Positions 21,560 to 35,754 of a DNA stretch of 64,000 bases are shown piece by piece; position 1 is the first letter of the stretch; every line of letters starts with the position of its first letter. The DNA is taken from assembly GCA_965213705.1 (NCBI GenBank), contig OZ243913.1:2592001-2656000 (forward strand). Reading direction: 5' to 3'. The position numbers were made by a program, and so were the translations under genes. The stretch comes from Trueperaceae bacterium (GTDB taxonomy: Bacteria; Deinococcota; Deinococci; Deinococcales; Trueperaceae). A model generated the notes under the pieces. That model was not told the DNA's origin. It was given only the letters and a program-made list of their open reading frames with translations, and searched no databases.

Positions 21560-22818
21560 CAGCTCATCCCCAAGGCTTGAGAAAAGTCGGCTTTGAGGTC
21601 GGTGACACTCTCCAACCCCACGCTCAGCCGGACGAGTTCGGGGCTCACGCCCGCCGCCCGCCGCGCTATCTCGCTGAGACCTGCGTGCGTGGTCGTCCAC
21701 GGGTTGATGACGACCGTCTTGGCGTCGCCGATGTTGGCGAGGTGCGAGGCGAGTTCGACCCGGTTTAAGAAAGTCTGAGCCGAGCCCAAATCCTCAGCCT
21801 CGAAACTGACGACCGCGCCGAAGCCGTTTTGTAAAACTTTTTTAGCTATTTCGTGAGAGGGATGCGAGGACAGGCCGGGGTAGATGACGCGCTTGACGCA
21901 CGGTTGCGTTTCAAGCCACCCAGCCAGTTCAACGGCGCTGTCGCAGGAGCGCTGCACCCGCAGGGACAGCGTTTCCAAACCCTGCAACGCCGCAAAGGCC
22001 GCGTGCGGCGACAGGGTCATGCCCATCGTGAAAAGACCCAAATCGTAGGCTCGAGCCGCAAACGGGGCGGCGGGATTTTTGTCCAGGTAGCTGCGGCCTC
22101 GAGCGTCTTCTTGAGTAAAAGCCAGAAATTTCGGGGAAGTCCAGTCGAAACGCCCAGCGTCCACCACCGCCCCGCCGATAAAAGTGCCGTGCCCGCCAAT
22201 CCACTTCGTCGCCGAGTGAACGACGATGTCCGCGCCGTGCTCGAACGGGCGGCACAGGTAGCCCGCGCAGCCCCAGGTGTTGTCGACGATGAAGGGAACG
22301 CCGCGCGCGTGCGCCGCCTCGGCCAACGCCCCGAGGTCGGGAACGGTACAGCTCGGGTTGGCGATGGTTTCGACCCACACGCCGACCGTGTCGTCTTCGA
22401 TAGCCGCTACGACCGCCGCCGCTGTGGGCTCGACCGCCCGGAAGGTGCAACCCCAGGGCTCGAGCAGCTTCCGCGCCACCGCGAAGGTACCACCGAAAAG
22501 ATGTTTCGACACGACGAAGTTCGTCCCCGGCCGGGCCAGCGCAAACAAAGTCGTCGTGGTCGCCGCCTGCCCGGAACTTAAAGCGACGCCTGCCGCGCCG
22601 CCCTCGAGCGCCGTCAAGCGCGCCTCGAAAGCGGCTACCGTCGGGTTGTGCATCCGGCCGTACTGGTTGCCGGTAGTCTCGCCCGCAAAGACAGCGCGCG
22701 CCTCTTCCGCGCTCTCAAAACAGTAGCTGCTCGTCGCGTAGATGGGCACGGCTCGAGCGCCCGTCGCGGGGTCGACGCCCTGCCCGGCGTGAAGTTGTAA
22801 GGTCTCGAAGTCAGCCAT
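21559..22818 (-). CDS. O-acetylhomoserine aminocarboxypropyltransferase paralog (Cys/Met PLP enzyme)
   Basis: AVPIYATSSY, YGRMHNPT and HSATKWIGGHG motifs. Confidence 0.9.
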
Positions 22819-22819
22819 G

Positions 22820-22894
22820 AAAAGGCAGGAGAAAGGAGAAAGGGAAAAGTGGAAAGAGGGCTTTACTTTCTCCTTTTCCCCTTCTCCTCATCCT

Positions 22895-22896
<2 letters not shown>
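22820..22896. repeat. GGAGAAA-heptamer palindromic element filling the metY intergenic gap
   Basis: GGAGAAA GGAGAAA GGGAAAA GTGGAAA ... TTTCTCC TTTTCCC CTTCTCC. Confidence 0.85.
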
Positions 22897-24229
<1,333 letters not shown>

Positions 24230-24384
24230 TTAACGGTTGGTTGAGGTGAACGGGACGAGGTCTTCAGGCGACGGTTTTCAGCTCGAGCCAAAAACGGACG
24301 ACCGAAGTTTGACGACTCCGGCTGCGGCCTGAACCGCCTAGAACATTCGAGTTGTTGAGAAGTACCTGCGCTTCATAATGCCTC

Positions 24385-24505
24385 CTTATCTGTCCGAAAA
24401 GCCTGCTATCGTCAGCTCAGCTCTCGGCTGGAGGTAGCACCCGCTTACATGAAAGCTGGTTGCTGCAGCGTCTCGGGGCCAGGTCCCTCGGCTGCTCTCG
24501 ATAAG
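24385..24505 (-). promoter_or_regulatory. SAM-I (S-box) riboswitch
   Basis: CTTATCGAGAG...GAGGGACCTGGCCC...GCAACC...GGTGCTAC...GATAAG consensus upstream of met genes. Confidence 0.93.
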
Positions 24506-24830
24506 TCCCGCAGCGAGCGGGGTCGGTTAAGAGTAAACCACACTTTTCTCGCTCACGCAAGCACGGGGCGACCGGACTCCGGAACCGCCACTCCGGCTCG
24601 ACGGCTTTTTGCCAAGCAACTTTTTAGCTTCGGTCACGTCCCCGAGTTGCTTTTCTCGACTCACGCAACGAACACCACCGCGAACCCAACAGCCGGGCGC
24701 TCGGTATGTTCGGCACGGCGGCAACGCTTTGACAAGTGAACACTAAGAAAAACGGGGCGCTCGAGCTAAGCTTTGCCGTGATAACAACCTCACACCTCGG
24801 TTCGGCGTCAGGTTTTATGCTGGTTGCCTG

Positions 24831-25256
24831 ATGCGCAGCTTTTTGCAGTTCGCCGTCTTTATGGCAGTTATTTTTTTTGTCGTGGGGGAACTTTTGGGCG
24901 GCTGGTACTTGGGCGTGCCACCGCAAACGCCGGTGCTTCTTTACAAGAAAACGACGACAACCACACTTACCCGGCGAGCGTTGCTAGGCCAGCAATTTCC
25001 CTTCGCCATCGAAGGCCGCTTGAGCCGGGGGACGCTTCTTGTCGAGGGCATCTACGAGCGCCCTGAGAGTTTTCAAAACCAGAGCCAACAAGTCAAAGCG
25101 CCCAAGGTCTACTTCACCGAATCCTTCAACAAGGGTGAGCGTATCGCTATAAACGAAGTTTTGAAACAGGGTCCAGGTGTCTACACGTTGCGGTTCACCT
25201 ACGACGATGCTAGTGGCACGTTGCGTATCGATGTCCCCGCCAACAACGAGTTGTAA
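24831..25256 (+). CDS. Hypothetical membrane-anchored protein
   Basis: N-terminal hydrophobic helix followed by a beta-rich domain. Confidence 0.75.
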   Translation: MRSFLQFAVFMAVIFFVVGELLGGWYLGVPPQTPVLLYKKTTTTTLTRRALLGQQFPFAIEGRLSRGTLLVEGIYERPESFQNQSQQVKAPKVYFTESFNKGERIAINEVLKQGPGVYTLRFTYDDASGTLRIDVPANNEL

Positions 25257-25309
25257 GTTGGACGCGCCCTTGCGTAGCCGACACACAGCTTAAAAGCGGC
25301 GTTTCTACC

Positions 25310-25338
25310 TTGACACGTCCCCGCGCAGCCGGTATCAT
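25310..25338 (+). promoter_or_regulatory. tRNA promoter TTGACA-N17-TATCAT
   Basis: TTGACA 25310-25315, TATCAT 25333-25338. Confidence 0.8.
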
Positions 25339-25349
25339 CTTGTTCGCTC

Positions 25350-25425
25350 GGGGCCTTAGCTCAGCTGGGAGAGCGCCTGCTTTGCAAGCAGGATGTCATC
25401 AGTTCGAATCTGATAGGCTCCACCA
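25350..25425 (+). tRNA. tRNA-Ala(TGC)
   Basis: GGGGCCTTAGCTCAGCTGGGAGAGC, anticodon arm CCTGC-TTTGCAA-GCAGG, TTCGAAT T-loop, CCA end. Confidence 0.97.
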
Positions 25426-25436
25426 CACAAACGACC

Positions 25437-25470
25437 AAGACCGGCCTCACACACCGAGGCCGGTCTTTTC
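25437..25470 (+). terminator. Terminator after tRNA
   Basis: AAGACCGGCCTC / GAGGCCGGTCTT stem with T-run. Confidence 0.85.
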
Positions 25471-25483
25471 GCAAAGAGCCCGC

Positions 25484-26131
25484 TCACGCGTCAGCGGTCA
25501 TCCCCGAGAGCACACGCCCGGCCGCCTCGAGTTCGTCCTCGACAATCGTGTGACCCAGCCCAGGATAAATCTCCTCGGTAACCGTTGCGCCTAGACCCTT
25601 CAAGATGCGCGTCGTCGCTTGCACACGTTCCAAGGGAATATGCGGGTCGACGTCGCTACAGCCGACGAACACGGGTGTACCGGCAAGCGAACCCGAATAC
25701 GCCTCGGCAGAAACGGTCGGCCCCGCCCCTATCAAACCGCCGCTGAAAACGAGCAGGCCGCCGTAGCGCGTGGGGTTGCGCGCCGCGAACTCGCTCGCCA
25801 AGCACGCCCCTTGCGAAAAACCGCCGAGGACGACGCGCTCTTTGGGAATGCCCGCCTCGCCGATACGTTGCATGAGAACGCCGACGGTGTTCAGCGCCGA
25901 ACTCAAAAAGGTCTCATTTTGCTCTTTCGGCGCGGTGAAGCGCTGCGGGTACCAAGCGAAATCCTTGGCCTGTGGCGCGAGGACGGCGAAGTCGGACAGC
26001 CCCAGAGCTTCGCCGAGTGGCAAAATGCTCTCGGCCGTCGCGCCGCGCCCGTGGAGCAAGACGAGGGCGGCTCGAGCTTCGGCGAGGGGTTTGCCCGCAG
26101 TGTGAAGCTTTTGCGTTTCGTGAATCGTCAC
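25484..26131 (-). CDS. Phospholipase/carboxylesterase (alpha/beta hydrolase)
   Basis: LLHGRG, GFSQG, DPHIP and GHT triad motifs. Confidence 0.9.
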   Translation of the reverse strand: MTIHETQKLHTAGKPLAEARAALVLLHGRGATAESILPLGEALGLSDFAVLAPQAKDFAWYPQRFTAPKEQNETFLSSALNTVGVLMQRIGEAGIPKERVVLGGFSQGACLASEFAARNPTRYGGLLVFSGGLIGAGPTVSAEAYSGSLAGTPVFVGCSDVDPHIPLERVQATTRILKGLGATVTEEIYPGLGHTIVEDELEAAGRVLSGMTADA

Positions 26132-27102
26132 GCCCCGACCTCGTTGCGCCGCGGCAGCTCGAGCCCCGGCAGGGCCGCTTCGATCTGCGCCCGGTGGGGC
26201 TCCAACCAGGGCGGCAGGATGAGGCGTTCGCCGAGCGTCGCCACGTCCTCGTCCACACCGAAACCCGGCCCCTTCGTCGCCAGTTCGAACAGCACCCCGC
26301 CGGGCTCGGAAAAGTACACCGACTTAAACCAAAAGCGGTCGATGATGTCGGTCGGGCGGCGGCCGGCGGCGGCGATGCGCTCGCGCACCGCCAGCTCGTG
26401 CGCGGGGTCCTCGACCGTCCAGGCGAGGTGATGCACGCCGCCCACGCCCCACTGCCCGCGGCGACCGGCGGGGTCTTCGGCAAGCTCGAGCACCCGCCCC
26501 GAACCGCCGACCCGGCCGTCCGTAGCGGGCAAACCATAGCGGTGCCAGCCGTCTTCTTCAGCGAGTCTTTGAAAGCCTAGGGTCTCGGTGATGAAGTGTT
26601 CGGTGGCGGCCAGGTCGCGCTCCACGACCCGCGCCCCGTGCAACCCCAAAATCTGCTTGTGGGCAGGCACGGGACTGTCTTGCCAGGGTGTGAACACCCG
26701 CTCGTCGCTCGTCTCGACGAGGGCCAAATTGAGGCCGTGCGGGTCGCGCAGCGTCAAGGTTCGCTCGCCGAAGCGCGTTGTGAGTGCGTCCGCATCTACG
26801 TCGAAGTCAGCCAACCGCGCCGCCCAATCGTCCAGACTTCCAACCGGCACCGCGAGCTGCACCTCGCTCGTCAGACCGACGCCGGGCCGCGCCCGCTCCA
26901 TGTGCGCCCACGGGAAAAAAGTGAGGTCGGTGCCGGGATGGCCGGCCCCGTCGGCGTAGAACAGGTGGTACGTCGTCGGGTCGTCCTGGTTGACGCTGCG
27001 TTTGACGAGCCTCATGCCGAGGACGTGGTTGTAGAAGTCTAAGTTTTCTTGGGCATCGCCCGCGATGGCGGTGACGTGGTGTAGGCCTTGGATGTGGTTC
27101 AT
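26128..27102 (-). CDS. Ring-cleaving dioxygenase (MhqO/MhqA-like VOC protein)
   Basis: GLHHVTAI, VNQDDP.TYHLFY and DRFWFKSVYF.EPGG motifs. Confidence 0.92.
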   Translation of the reverse strand: MNHIQGLHHVTAIAGDAQENLDFYNHVLGMRLVKRSVNQDDPTTYHLFYADGAGHPGTDLTFFPWAHMERARPGVGLTSEVQLAVPVGSLDDWAARLADFDVDADALTTRFGERTLTLRDPHGLNLALVETSDERVFTPWQDSPVPAHKQILGLHGARVVERDLAATEHFITETLGFQRLAEEDGWHRYGLPATDGRVGGSGRVLELAEDPAGRRGQWGVGGVHHLAWTVEDPAHELAVRERIAAAGRRPTDIIDRFWFKSVYFSEPGGVLFELATKGPGFGVDEDVATLGERLILPPWLEPHRAQIEAALPGLELPRRNEVGA

Positions 27103-27213
27103 GGTGCGCTCCTTATAAGGTTTTAAGGTTTAAGGTTGCCACTGGACTCAACCAGTTTCAAAACTCCAAACCGCTTTGTTCCGAGTGTAGCGCAGCCCAA
27201 CGAAAAACCTCCG

Positions 27214-27798
27214 ATGTGCAAGACTGGCACTGTGACCGGACCGGTGCGCCATTACCTGTTGTTCGCTCCGAGTTTGCTGCTCGGTTTTGTCGGCGTGGTC
27301 TGGCTTCAGTTCAGACCTTTGGGGCTCGAGCCCAAAGTCGACTTGACGGGCGGTTTGCTCACCGCGGCCCTACTCGTCATCGTCCTGCTCGGCGGCGCGT
27401 GGCTGTTGGACAAGACGTTGCCCTCGTTTCGCTACGCTTCCAAACTCATGGAGAGGGCGCTCGCCTCCGTCCCCTTGTCCCCTCCGCTCATCTTTCTACT
27501 TGCCGCCGCGTCGGCGACAGCCGAAGAACTCTTTTTTCGCGGGGCGCTGCTGCCGCTCGTCACGGTTTGGGGCCAGGCGCTCCTGTTCGGGCTGATGCAC
27601 CCGGCGACGCGCAAGGGCTGGAGTTACACGGCCTACACCTTCGTCGCAGGGCTGGCTTTCGGCTACGCGACGCTGTTCACGGGCAGCTTGTGGCCCGCCG
27701 TCGCGGCGCACTTCGTTATAAATTTCCAAGGTTTTTGGGAGGTCAGGCGGCAGCAGAGAAAGCGGCGCAGGGGCTCGAGCCCTGAGCCAATTCAGTAA
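27214..27798 (+). CDS. CPBP/Abi family intramembrane metalloprotease (start uncertain)
   Basis: EELFFRG, FGLMH and AHF.IN motifs. Confidence 0.85.
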   Translation: MCKTGTVTGPVRHYLLFAPSLLLGFVGVVWLQFRPLGLEPKVDLTGGLLTAALLVIVLLGGAWLLDKTLPSFRYASKLMERALASVPLSPPLIFLLAAASATAEELFFRGALLPLVTVWGQALLFGLMHPATRKGWSYTAYTFVAGLAFGYATLFTGSLWPAVAAHFVINFQGFWEVRRQQRKRRRGSSPEPIQ

Positions 27799-27819
27799 GC
27801 GGCGGGGCATAACCTGAAT

Positions 27820-28347
27820 CTAGCCCAACTGTAGTTCAGTTACTTTTTCGGTGAGACCGCCATAGGGCGGATAACTGTAAATCTCGCGTATGTTCTTGCT
27901 GATTTTCACGTCGGAGTTGTGGCGGTAGGCATGTTCGACAATCGCTCGGTTCAGGCGCTTGTGGTTGGCGAACTGTCCACTCCTTATGACCAAGCTTTCA
28001 TCCTCGTGAAAAATTAAGAGGTTCGTCCGACCAAAAAATCCCAACGCGACATCTACTTCAGTTATATATTCCCACGCGACAACTTGTTTCTTTCTCCATT
28101 TTGTTGCAACCAGCGCATCCGGTGAGACTTCGTAACTTTGAGTGGCCTTGTCTCCGAATAACCACATCATTATGACTGCCACGAAGAGGGAGCTTGAAAC
28201 AAGCCAGAAAACGTACCAGAACGACGCGTCGCTCGTCAGCCAGTAAAACGCCTGCCAAACCTGAAAACCTCCCACTGCAAGAAAAAAGGTCAGGCCGAGG
28301 TACTGAGGCCAAGCGCGACTCGCTTTTAGAGATTGGGGCGTTTTCAT
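27820..28347 (-). CDS. Hypothetical membrane protein (2 TM + PH-like domain)
   Basis: Two hydrophobic helices; AT-richer; CATACT-N6-ATG. Confidence 0.7.
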   Translation of the reverse strand: MKTPQSLKASRAWPQYLGLTFFLAVGGFQVWQAFYWLTSDASFWYVFWLVSSSLFVAVIMMWLFGDKATQSYEVSPDALVATKWRKKQVVAWEYITEVDVALGFFGRTNLLIFHEDESLVIRSGQFANHKRLNRAIVEHAYRHNSDVKISKNIREIYSYPPYGGLTEKVTELQLG

Positions 28348-28426
28348 GTTGACAGTATGCGCCTATTTTGAACGCTTTACAAGAGCTTTCTCAGGCCAAA
28401 ACGCCCGCAAGCCCCACCCGACAAGT

Positions 28427-29662
<1,236 letters not shown>

Positions 29663-29862
29663 GGCACCGTCCTTTAGAAAGTAGTTAGCAAACCTTAACT
29701 ATTTTAGAGTATAGGCGGTTTTGGTGTTTGACAGTGTGAGGTAAGGCGAGTGTGGGGACTCGAGCCCCCTTGAACTTATACTTTTAACCAGCATCAAACT
29801 CGTTTTAGCAGAAAGCAGGTAGGTCATCTTAATTCCCTCCAGTTACATGCTAAAATTACGGT

Positions 29863-30222
29863 ATGCGTTGGAAACTTCAGGATTACCTAGAGCGTCACAA
29901 CCTCAACGCTCACCGTCTCGTCAAGGCGTCCGGTTTGTCGAGCAACACGGTCTATCCCATGACCCGCGGCGAAGCGCAACGCGTGAGTCTCGCCACGCTC
30001 GAGACGGTACTGCTCGCCCTACGCGACCTGACCGGTGAGAGGGTAGCGATAGGTGACTTACTTGAACTCGAGGATACCCGTGCGACCGGCGCACCGTGGG
30101 AAGCTTTGGCGGGACTGTTTGACGCGCCAGGTACGCCGACAGATGGTGCTGAAAATCACGACCGTTACATTGACGAAGCACTGACCGAAGAACACGAAGA
30201 GAGCCTGCAAGGTAGGAGGTGA
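29863..30222 (+). CDS. XRE/Cro HTH antitoxin
   Basis: HTH N-terminus plus C-terminal TDGAENHDRYI motif; leaderless TAAAAT-N6-ATG; GTGA overlap with the PIN gene. Confidence 0.8.
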   Translation: MRWKLQDYLERHNLNAHRLVKASGLSSNTVYPMTRGEAQRVSLATLETVLLALRDLTGERVAIGDLLELEDTRATGAPWEALAGLFDAPGTPTDGAENHDRYIDEALTEEHEESLQGRR

Positions 30223-30641
30223 ACCGCTTAGTTGTTTACCTCGACACCAGCCCGCTCAAAGGTTTGCTCGACCCGCACGACCAAACTCATCAGCGCTCGC
30301 GTAAACTGTTCGAGCGTGCAACTAAAGAACGTGCGCGTATCCTAACGCCGTATCCGGCTCTGCTCGAGCTGCACCGACTCCTGATGTACCGCAAACCGCC
30401 GCGGAGTGACGCCGCTAAGTTAGCCACCACAGCAGTCAGACGGGTTATGGAAACTTATCCCATTGTCTATCCCACCCAAGAGGATGCTGAGGCTGCCCTA
30501 GCGCTCCTAACGCGCTATGACGACCAGAAGATTACGCTGGCAGACGCCACTATTGCCAATATGGCGGCTCGAGCGGGAGCAACTGTGATGACGCTGGACA
30601 CCCATCACTTCGGGCTTATGGAAGCGGCAGTTTATCAGTAA
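30219..30641 (+). CDS. PIN-domain toxin
   Basis: YLDTS, LLE, ITLADA and TLD..HF motifs. Confidence 0.85.
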   Translation: MNRLVVYLDTSPLKGLLDPHDQTHQRSRKLFERATKERARILTPYPALLELHRLLMYRKPPRSDAAKLATTAVRRVMETYPIVYPTQEDAEAALALLTRYDDQKITLADATIANMAARAGATVMTLDTHHFGLMEAAVYQ

Positions 30642-31001
30642 CTAATTTAAATCTTTCAACCGTTTTAACTTGAGGTTTTCCGCGACGGCATCGAGTACAA
30701 CGCTTCCTTCAACATGAACTAAAAATGCCTGTTCAGGGTAACTGTTCACATCCTGGCAACCGTAGCCTAAGGCAGAAAGTGTATCTACAAGCTTTTGGCC
30801 TGTCAAAGTGTTGATGAATACATTAGCAACGAAAGTGGGTTCCATTTCATCAGGCAGGTTTGAAACGCTAAACAACAGGATTCGCTCGAGCCTTACTTCA
30901 AACCAGCCTTCTTCTGAAGAGTAGAGTTTGAGAACGGCGTAGCCTTCAGATGCGAAGTAACCAATCTCCGTGATGTCGGCAGCATCCCATTCCCAACTCA
31001 C
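30642..31001 (-). CDS. Hypothetical protein (low-GC cargo)
   Basis: 119-aa acidic ORF directly downstream of mrp. Confidence 0.6.
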   Translation of the reverse strand: MSWEWDAADITEIGYFASEGYAVLKLYSSEEGWFEVRLERILLFSVSNLPDEMEPTFVANVFINTLTGQKLVDTLSALGYGCQDVNSYPEQAFLVHVEGSVVLDAVAENLKLKRLKDLN

Positions 31002-31015
31002 GTTAACAAACGCGG

Positions 31016-32068
<1,053 letters not shown>

Positions 32069-32125
32069 AGTAAGGTTCAAGATAGCAAGCCGGCGGCGCG
32101 GGGGGGGCCGTGCGCCTTACCTTGA

Positions 32126-32174
32126 AGTACCGAGAGGTCCAGGCTCTCTCACTCGACGCTCGGTACTCGGTACT
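32126..32174. repeat. AGTACCG/ACTCGGT heptamer element
   Basis: AGTACCGAG ... ACTCGAC GCTCGGT ACTCGGT ACT. Confidence 0.7.
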
Positions 32175-32317
32175 GCCTTTTCCCCTCGGCACTTCTCACC
32201 CGGTCTTCGGCGACTTCCGAAGGGTTCGCTTCGGTGGGGAACGGGTACGTTATACTTGCGCAGTGATGACGGCGAACAGGGTGAACCGAGGACGGCAGCA
32301 AAAACGGCGGGCGCGGC

Positions 32318-33895
32318 GTGGCGGGTAGGTATCAGCTCCGGGCGGTCCGAGCCGAGCGGGGCGGCGTGACGACGCACGAAGGTGTTGACCCCTTGACGGG
32401 GTTGCCGGTTCTCGTCTACCGCTTTTCCGGTCAGCCGAGGCCGGGTCTTCGCGACCTGGAGTCCGAAAATATTCCGGGCCTGCTCGGCGTCGATACCTCC
32501 GACACCGAAGACGACAAAGCCGAAATCGTCGTCGCCTATTTCAAAGAATATCAACCCGTCGAGAAGCCGCTGTCGGTGTCCCCGACCACCTTGCTTTTGG
32601 ACAGCGTCAGGGCGCTCAAGGACGCCGCCCAAGCCGGCGTCGTTCACGGCGACGTTTGTCCGGCCCGGTTTTTAGCAAGCCGCGACCACGTTCTGCTCGA
32701 GGGGTTCGGGGTTCCCTGGAGCGTCCTGGAAAGTGCTTACCGCGCACCCGAAGCCGAGGTGGGCTTTGCCGGGGACGTGTTCGCCTGGGCGAAGTCGGTG
32801 CTCGAGCTTGCCAGGGGTCGGCTCGACGGTGCCACACTGAGCCTTCTTACGAGCTGTCTACATGCCGACCCGCTCGAGCGTCCGGCCGCGTCGGAACTTT
32901 ACGCGACCCTCAAACGCGGGACCGACGAGACCCAAAAAGGTGTAGGGGACGAGACCGCCGGAGACGAGACTGCCGGAAACCAACCTACCGAGGCCGCAAC
33001 CCTCGAGGGCGAACAGACCTCGGTCGAGGATGGAAGCTTTGAGGGAGTTGGGGCTGTGACGTTTGGCGGCGAGGCACACGACCCGGCCGACGACGTGTTC
33101 GGAGACGCGGAGCTGGCTTTCCCGCCGGAGCCCGTCCCCGAGGAGCCCTGGACCGAACCGGCCTACGACTTCGGCACCGCCGTAACTTCCGAAGAGGCTG
33201 GCGCGTCCCTCGAGACCGAATCGACTCAAACCGGCGCCGTAGCTATCCCCTCACCGCCGCAGCCCCAGGGCTGGGACCAGCTCTGGGACGACTCCGAGAC
33301 CGGACCGGACCTCGTTCTTTCCGACCCCGGCCGGTACAGGGCGACACCGGAAACAGAGGCCGGGGACAAACCGTTCGTCAAAAACTTGCCCCCGGGCGCG
33401 ACCTACCGCCCGGGCGAAACGAGCACGGGTCTGCGGCCGGGCGTCATTCAGGAATACGCCTTCGACGTCCCGACACCGGTCGACCCGCGGCGACGGCGAC
33501 TCGTCATCATGTTGGCGCTCCTTATTTTCGGTGCGGCCGTTCTGGCGTACCTGGCACTTTTTTGGCAGCAACGCCAAGCCGCCCTGCCCCCGACCGCTGC
33601 GCTGAGCCCGGAAGCGGTATATGTTGTCGACGCAACCCTCGGGCCGCCCGACTTGCCGCCCACCGACGTTTACGTCGTGAGCAGTCCGGCGGGCTCGCGC
33701 AACCCGCCGGGCGCGCTCATCACGGTCGTTTCGCCGCCCGGACGCCAAATCGCCCTTGACCGGGCGGGAACGTGGCAGCTGCAGGCGCGATTCCAAAAAC
33801 GCGCCTCGGAAATCGTGACGTTTCAGGTGCCGCAGGAGCGCGCTATTTCGTTCACGCTGCCCCAGGAACCTGCCGACGCCACCGTCCAACCTTAG
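32318..33895 (+). CDS. Membrane-anchored Ser/Thr kinase-like (probable pseudokinase) protein
   Basis: [28 protein letters not shown] and ERPAA motifs; acidic linker; one TM helix. Confidence 0.75.
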   Translation: MAGRYQLRAVRAERGGVTTHEGVDPLTGLPVLVYRFSGQPRPGLRDLESENIPGLLGVDTSDTEDDKAEIVVAYFKEYQPVEKPLSVSPTTLLLDSVRALKDAAQAGVVHGDVCPARFLASRDHVLLEGFGVPWSVLESAYRAPEAEVGFAGDVFAWAKSVLELARGRLDGATLSLLTSCLHADPLERPAASELYATLKRGTDETQKGVGDETAGDETAGNQPTEAATLEGEQTSVEDGSFEGVGAVTFGGEAHDPADDVFGDAELAFPPEPVPEEPWTEPAYDFGTAVTSEEAGASLETESTQTGAVAIPSPPQPQGWDQLWDDSETGPDLVLSDPGRYRATPETEAGDKPFVKNLPPGATYRPGETSTGLRPGVIQEYAFDVPTPVDPRRRRLVIMLALLIFGAAVLAYLALFWQQRQAALPPTAALSPEAVYVVDATLGPPDLPPTDVYVVSSPAGSRNPPGALITVVSPPGRQIALDRAGTWQLQARFQKRASEIVTFQVPQERAISFTLPQEPADATVQP

Positions 33896-33957
33896 CGCGT
33901 GACGACACACCAAACGCCACTTCAAACGAGAACGGCGTTCCAAACGAGGTAGCGAGC

Positions 33958-35505
33958 ATGGTTCAGAAAAGCTTTTCCAAGGTCGTCGTCTTGGACTACG
34001 GCTCCCAGTACACCCAGCTCATCGCGCGGCGACTGCGCGAGCTGCAGGTGTTCTCGAGCATCTTGCCGGGTGACTCCAGCCTAAAAGACATCCTCACCGC
34101 CGCGCCGAGCGCGCTCATTTTGTCGGGCGGGCCGACGAGCGTGTACGACGAGGGCGCGCCCGCTTTGCCACCGGGTTTGCTCGAGACGGGCTTGCCGGTT
34201 CTCGCCATCTGTTACGGAATGCAGCTCGTCGCGCAGGCGGCGGGCGGAACAGTCGTGCCGAGTCAGGTCCGAGAGTACGGAAAAGCGCTGCTGACAAACT
34301 ACGAGGGCGACCTGTTCGAACACTTAGAGGGCGACGTCGTCGCCTGGATGAGCCACGGCGACGCGGTAAGCGAGGTGCCACCAGGGTTTACCGTGACCGC
34401 CGCAACCAACGACACGGCGGTCGCCGCGATGGAAGACGCCGCGCGAAAAATCTACGCCCTCCAGTTTCACCCCGAGGTGAGGCACACGCCCAAAGGCGTC
34501 ACGCTGCTGCAGAACTTTCTGCGACACGCAGGACTCAAAGCCGATTGGACGCCCGAGCACGTCCTGGAAAGCTTGACCCGCGCAGTCAAAGAACGCGTCG
34601 GCGACGCGCGCGTGCTGCTCGGGATTTCGGGCGGGGTGGACTCGAGCACCTTGGGGCTGCTCTTAAACAGTGCCATAGGCGGACAGCTGCACGCAGTTTT
34701 CGTCGACCACGGCTTGCTGAGAATGGGTGAGGCGGAAGAGGTCGAGGCGGCGTTGCGCGGCCTCGGCGTAAATTTGACCGTGGTGGACGCCTCCGAGTGT
34801 TTTTTGACCGCCTTACAAGGCGTGACCGACCCGGAGGAAAAACGCAAAATTATCGGTCGCGAGTTTGTCGAGGTGTTTTACACCGAGGCCGAAAAGCTCC
34901 AGGCCGAACACGGCGAGATTCGCTTTTTGGCACAGGGCACGCTTTACCCCGACGTGGTCGAGTCGGCGGGCGGGCACGGCGCGGCCGTTATCAAGTCTCA
35001 CCACAACGTCGGCGGCTTACCCAAAGACTTGCGTTTTGAGCTGCTCGAGCCCTTCCGCACCCTGTTCAAAGACGAGGTGCGCGAACTCGCCGAAGTCCTC
35101 GGGATGCCCAAACACCTCCGCGACCGCCACCCCTTCCCCGGCCCCGGTTTGGCGATTCGCTGCATCGGCGAGGTCACAGAGAAACGCTTAGACGTGTTGC
35201 GCCGGGTGGACGACATCTTCGTCAGCAGCTTGCGCGAGTTTGGACTCTACGATGCGACCTGGCAAGCGCTGGCGGTTTTGACCCCCATCCGCTCGGTCGG
35301 CGTGATGGGCGACGGGCGCACCTACTCGAACGTTGTGGCGCTGCGCGCGGTCTCGAGCGAAGACGCCATGACCGCCGACTGGAGCCGTTTGCCGCACGAC
35401 TTTTTAGCGACGGTCTCAGGTCGCATCGTCAACAGCGTGGCGGAGGTCAACCGGGTGGTTTACGACATTACGAGCAAGCCGCCGGGGACGATTGAGTGGG
35501 AATGA
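33958..35505 (+). CDS. guaA: GMP synthase (glutamine-hydrolysing) (start ATG 33958)
   Basis: [26 protein letters not shown] and [13 protein letters not shown] motifs. Confidence 0.98.
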   Translation: MVQKSFSKVVVLDYGSQYTQLIARRLRELQVFSSILPGDSSLKDILTAAPSALILSGGPTSVYDEGAPALPPGLLETGLPVLAICYGMQLVAQAAGGTVVPSQVREYGKALLTNYEGDLFEHLEGDVVAWMSHGDAVSEVPPGFTVTAATNDTAVAAMEDAARKIYALQFHPEVRHTPKGVTLLQNFLRHAGLKADWTPEHVLESLTRAVKERVGDARVLLGISGGVDSSTLGLLLNSAIGGQLHAVFVDHGLLRMGEAEEVEAALRGLGVNLTVVDASECFLTALQGVTDPEEKRKIIGREFVEVFYTEAEKLQAEHGEIRFLAQGTLYPDVVESAGGHGAAVIKSHHNVGGLPKDLRFELLEPFRTLFKDEVRELAEVLGMPKHLRDRHPFPGPGLAIRCIGEVTEKRLDVLRRVDDIFVSSLREFGLYDATWQALAVLTPIRSVGVMGDGRTYSNVVALRAVSSEDAMTADWSRLPHDFLATVSGRIVNSVAEVNRVVYDITSKPPGTIEWE

Positions 35506-35535
35506 GGTGGACCGACGGTCGTTTTTTTGGATTCT

Positions 35536-35745
35536 TCAAGCCTCGAGTTCGCCTAGCTCTCCCGCTTCGATTTCATCGTTGCTCAAGACGGAGATTTTAC
35601 CTCTGAACTGACGTAGCCGCTCGAGCTTGGCAGTACGAATAAAGGATTTGACTGCCGCCTCCACAGCCCGCGCCGGGTCCGTTTCGTCGGTCAACGCCAT
35701 CAGGTCCTCGAGCACCTTGTCGTCCAGCGTCACGCCCACTTGCAT
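35536..35745 (-). CDS. Orphan VapB-like (DUF2191-type) antitoxin
   Basis: VTLDDKVLEDLM.LT...AVEAAV...L..FRGKI; no toxin follows. Confidence 0.7.
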   Translation of the reverse strand: MQVGVTLDDKVLEDLMALTDETDPARAVEAAVKSFIRTAKLERLRQFRGKISVLSNDEIEAGELGELEA

Positions 35746-35754
35746 CAGTGCGCC

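Noticed and set aside
32945..32980. [12 protein letters not shown] short coding repeat in the pseudokinase linker
   Set aside because: Simple 15-nt slippage duplication in a disordered linker
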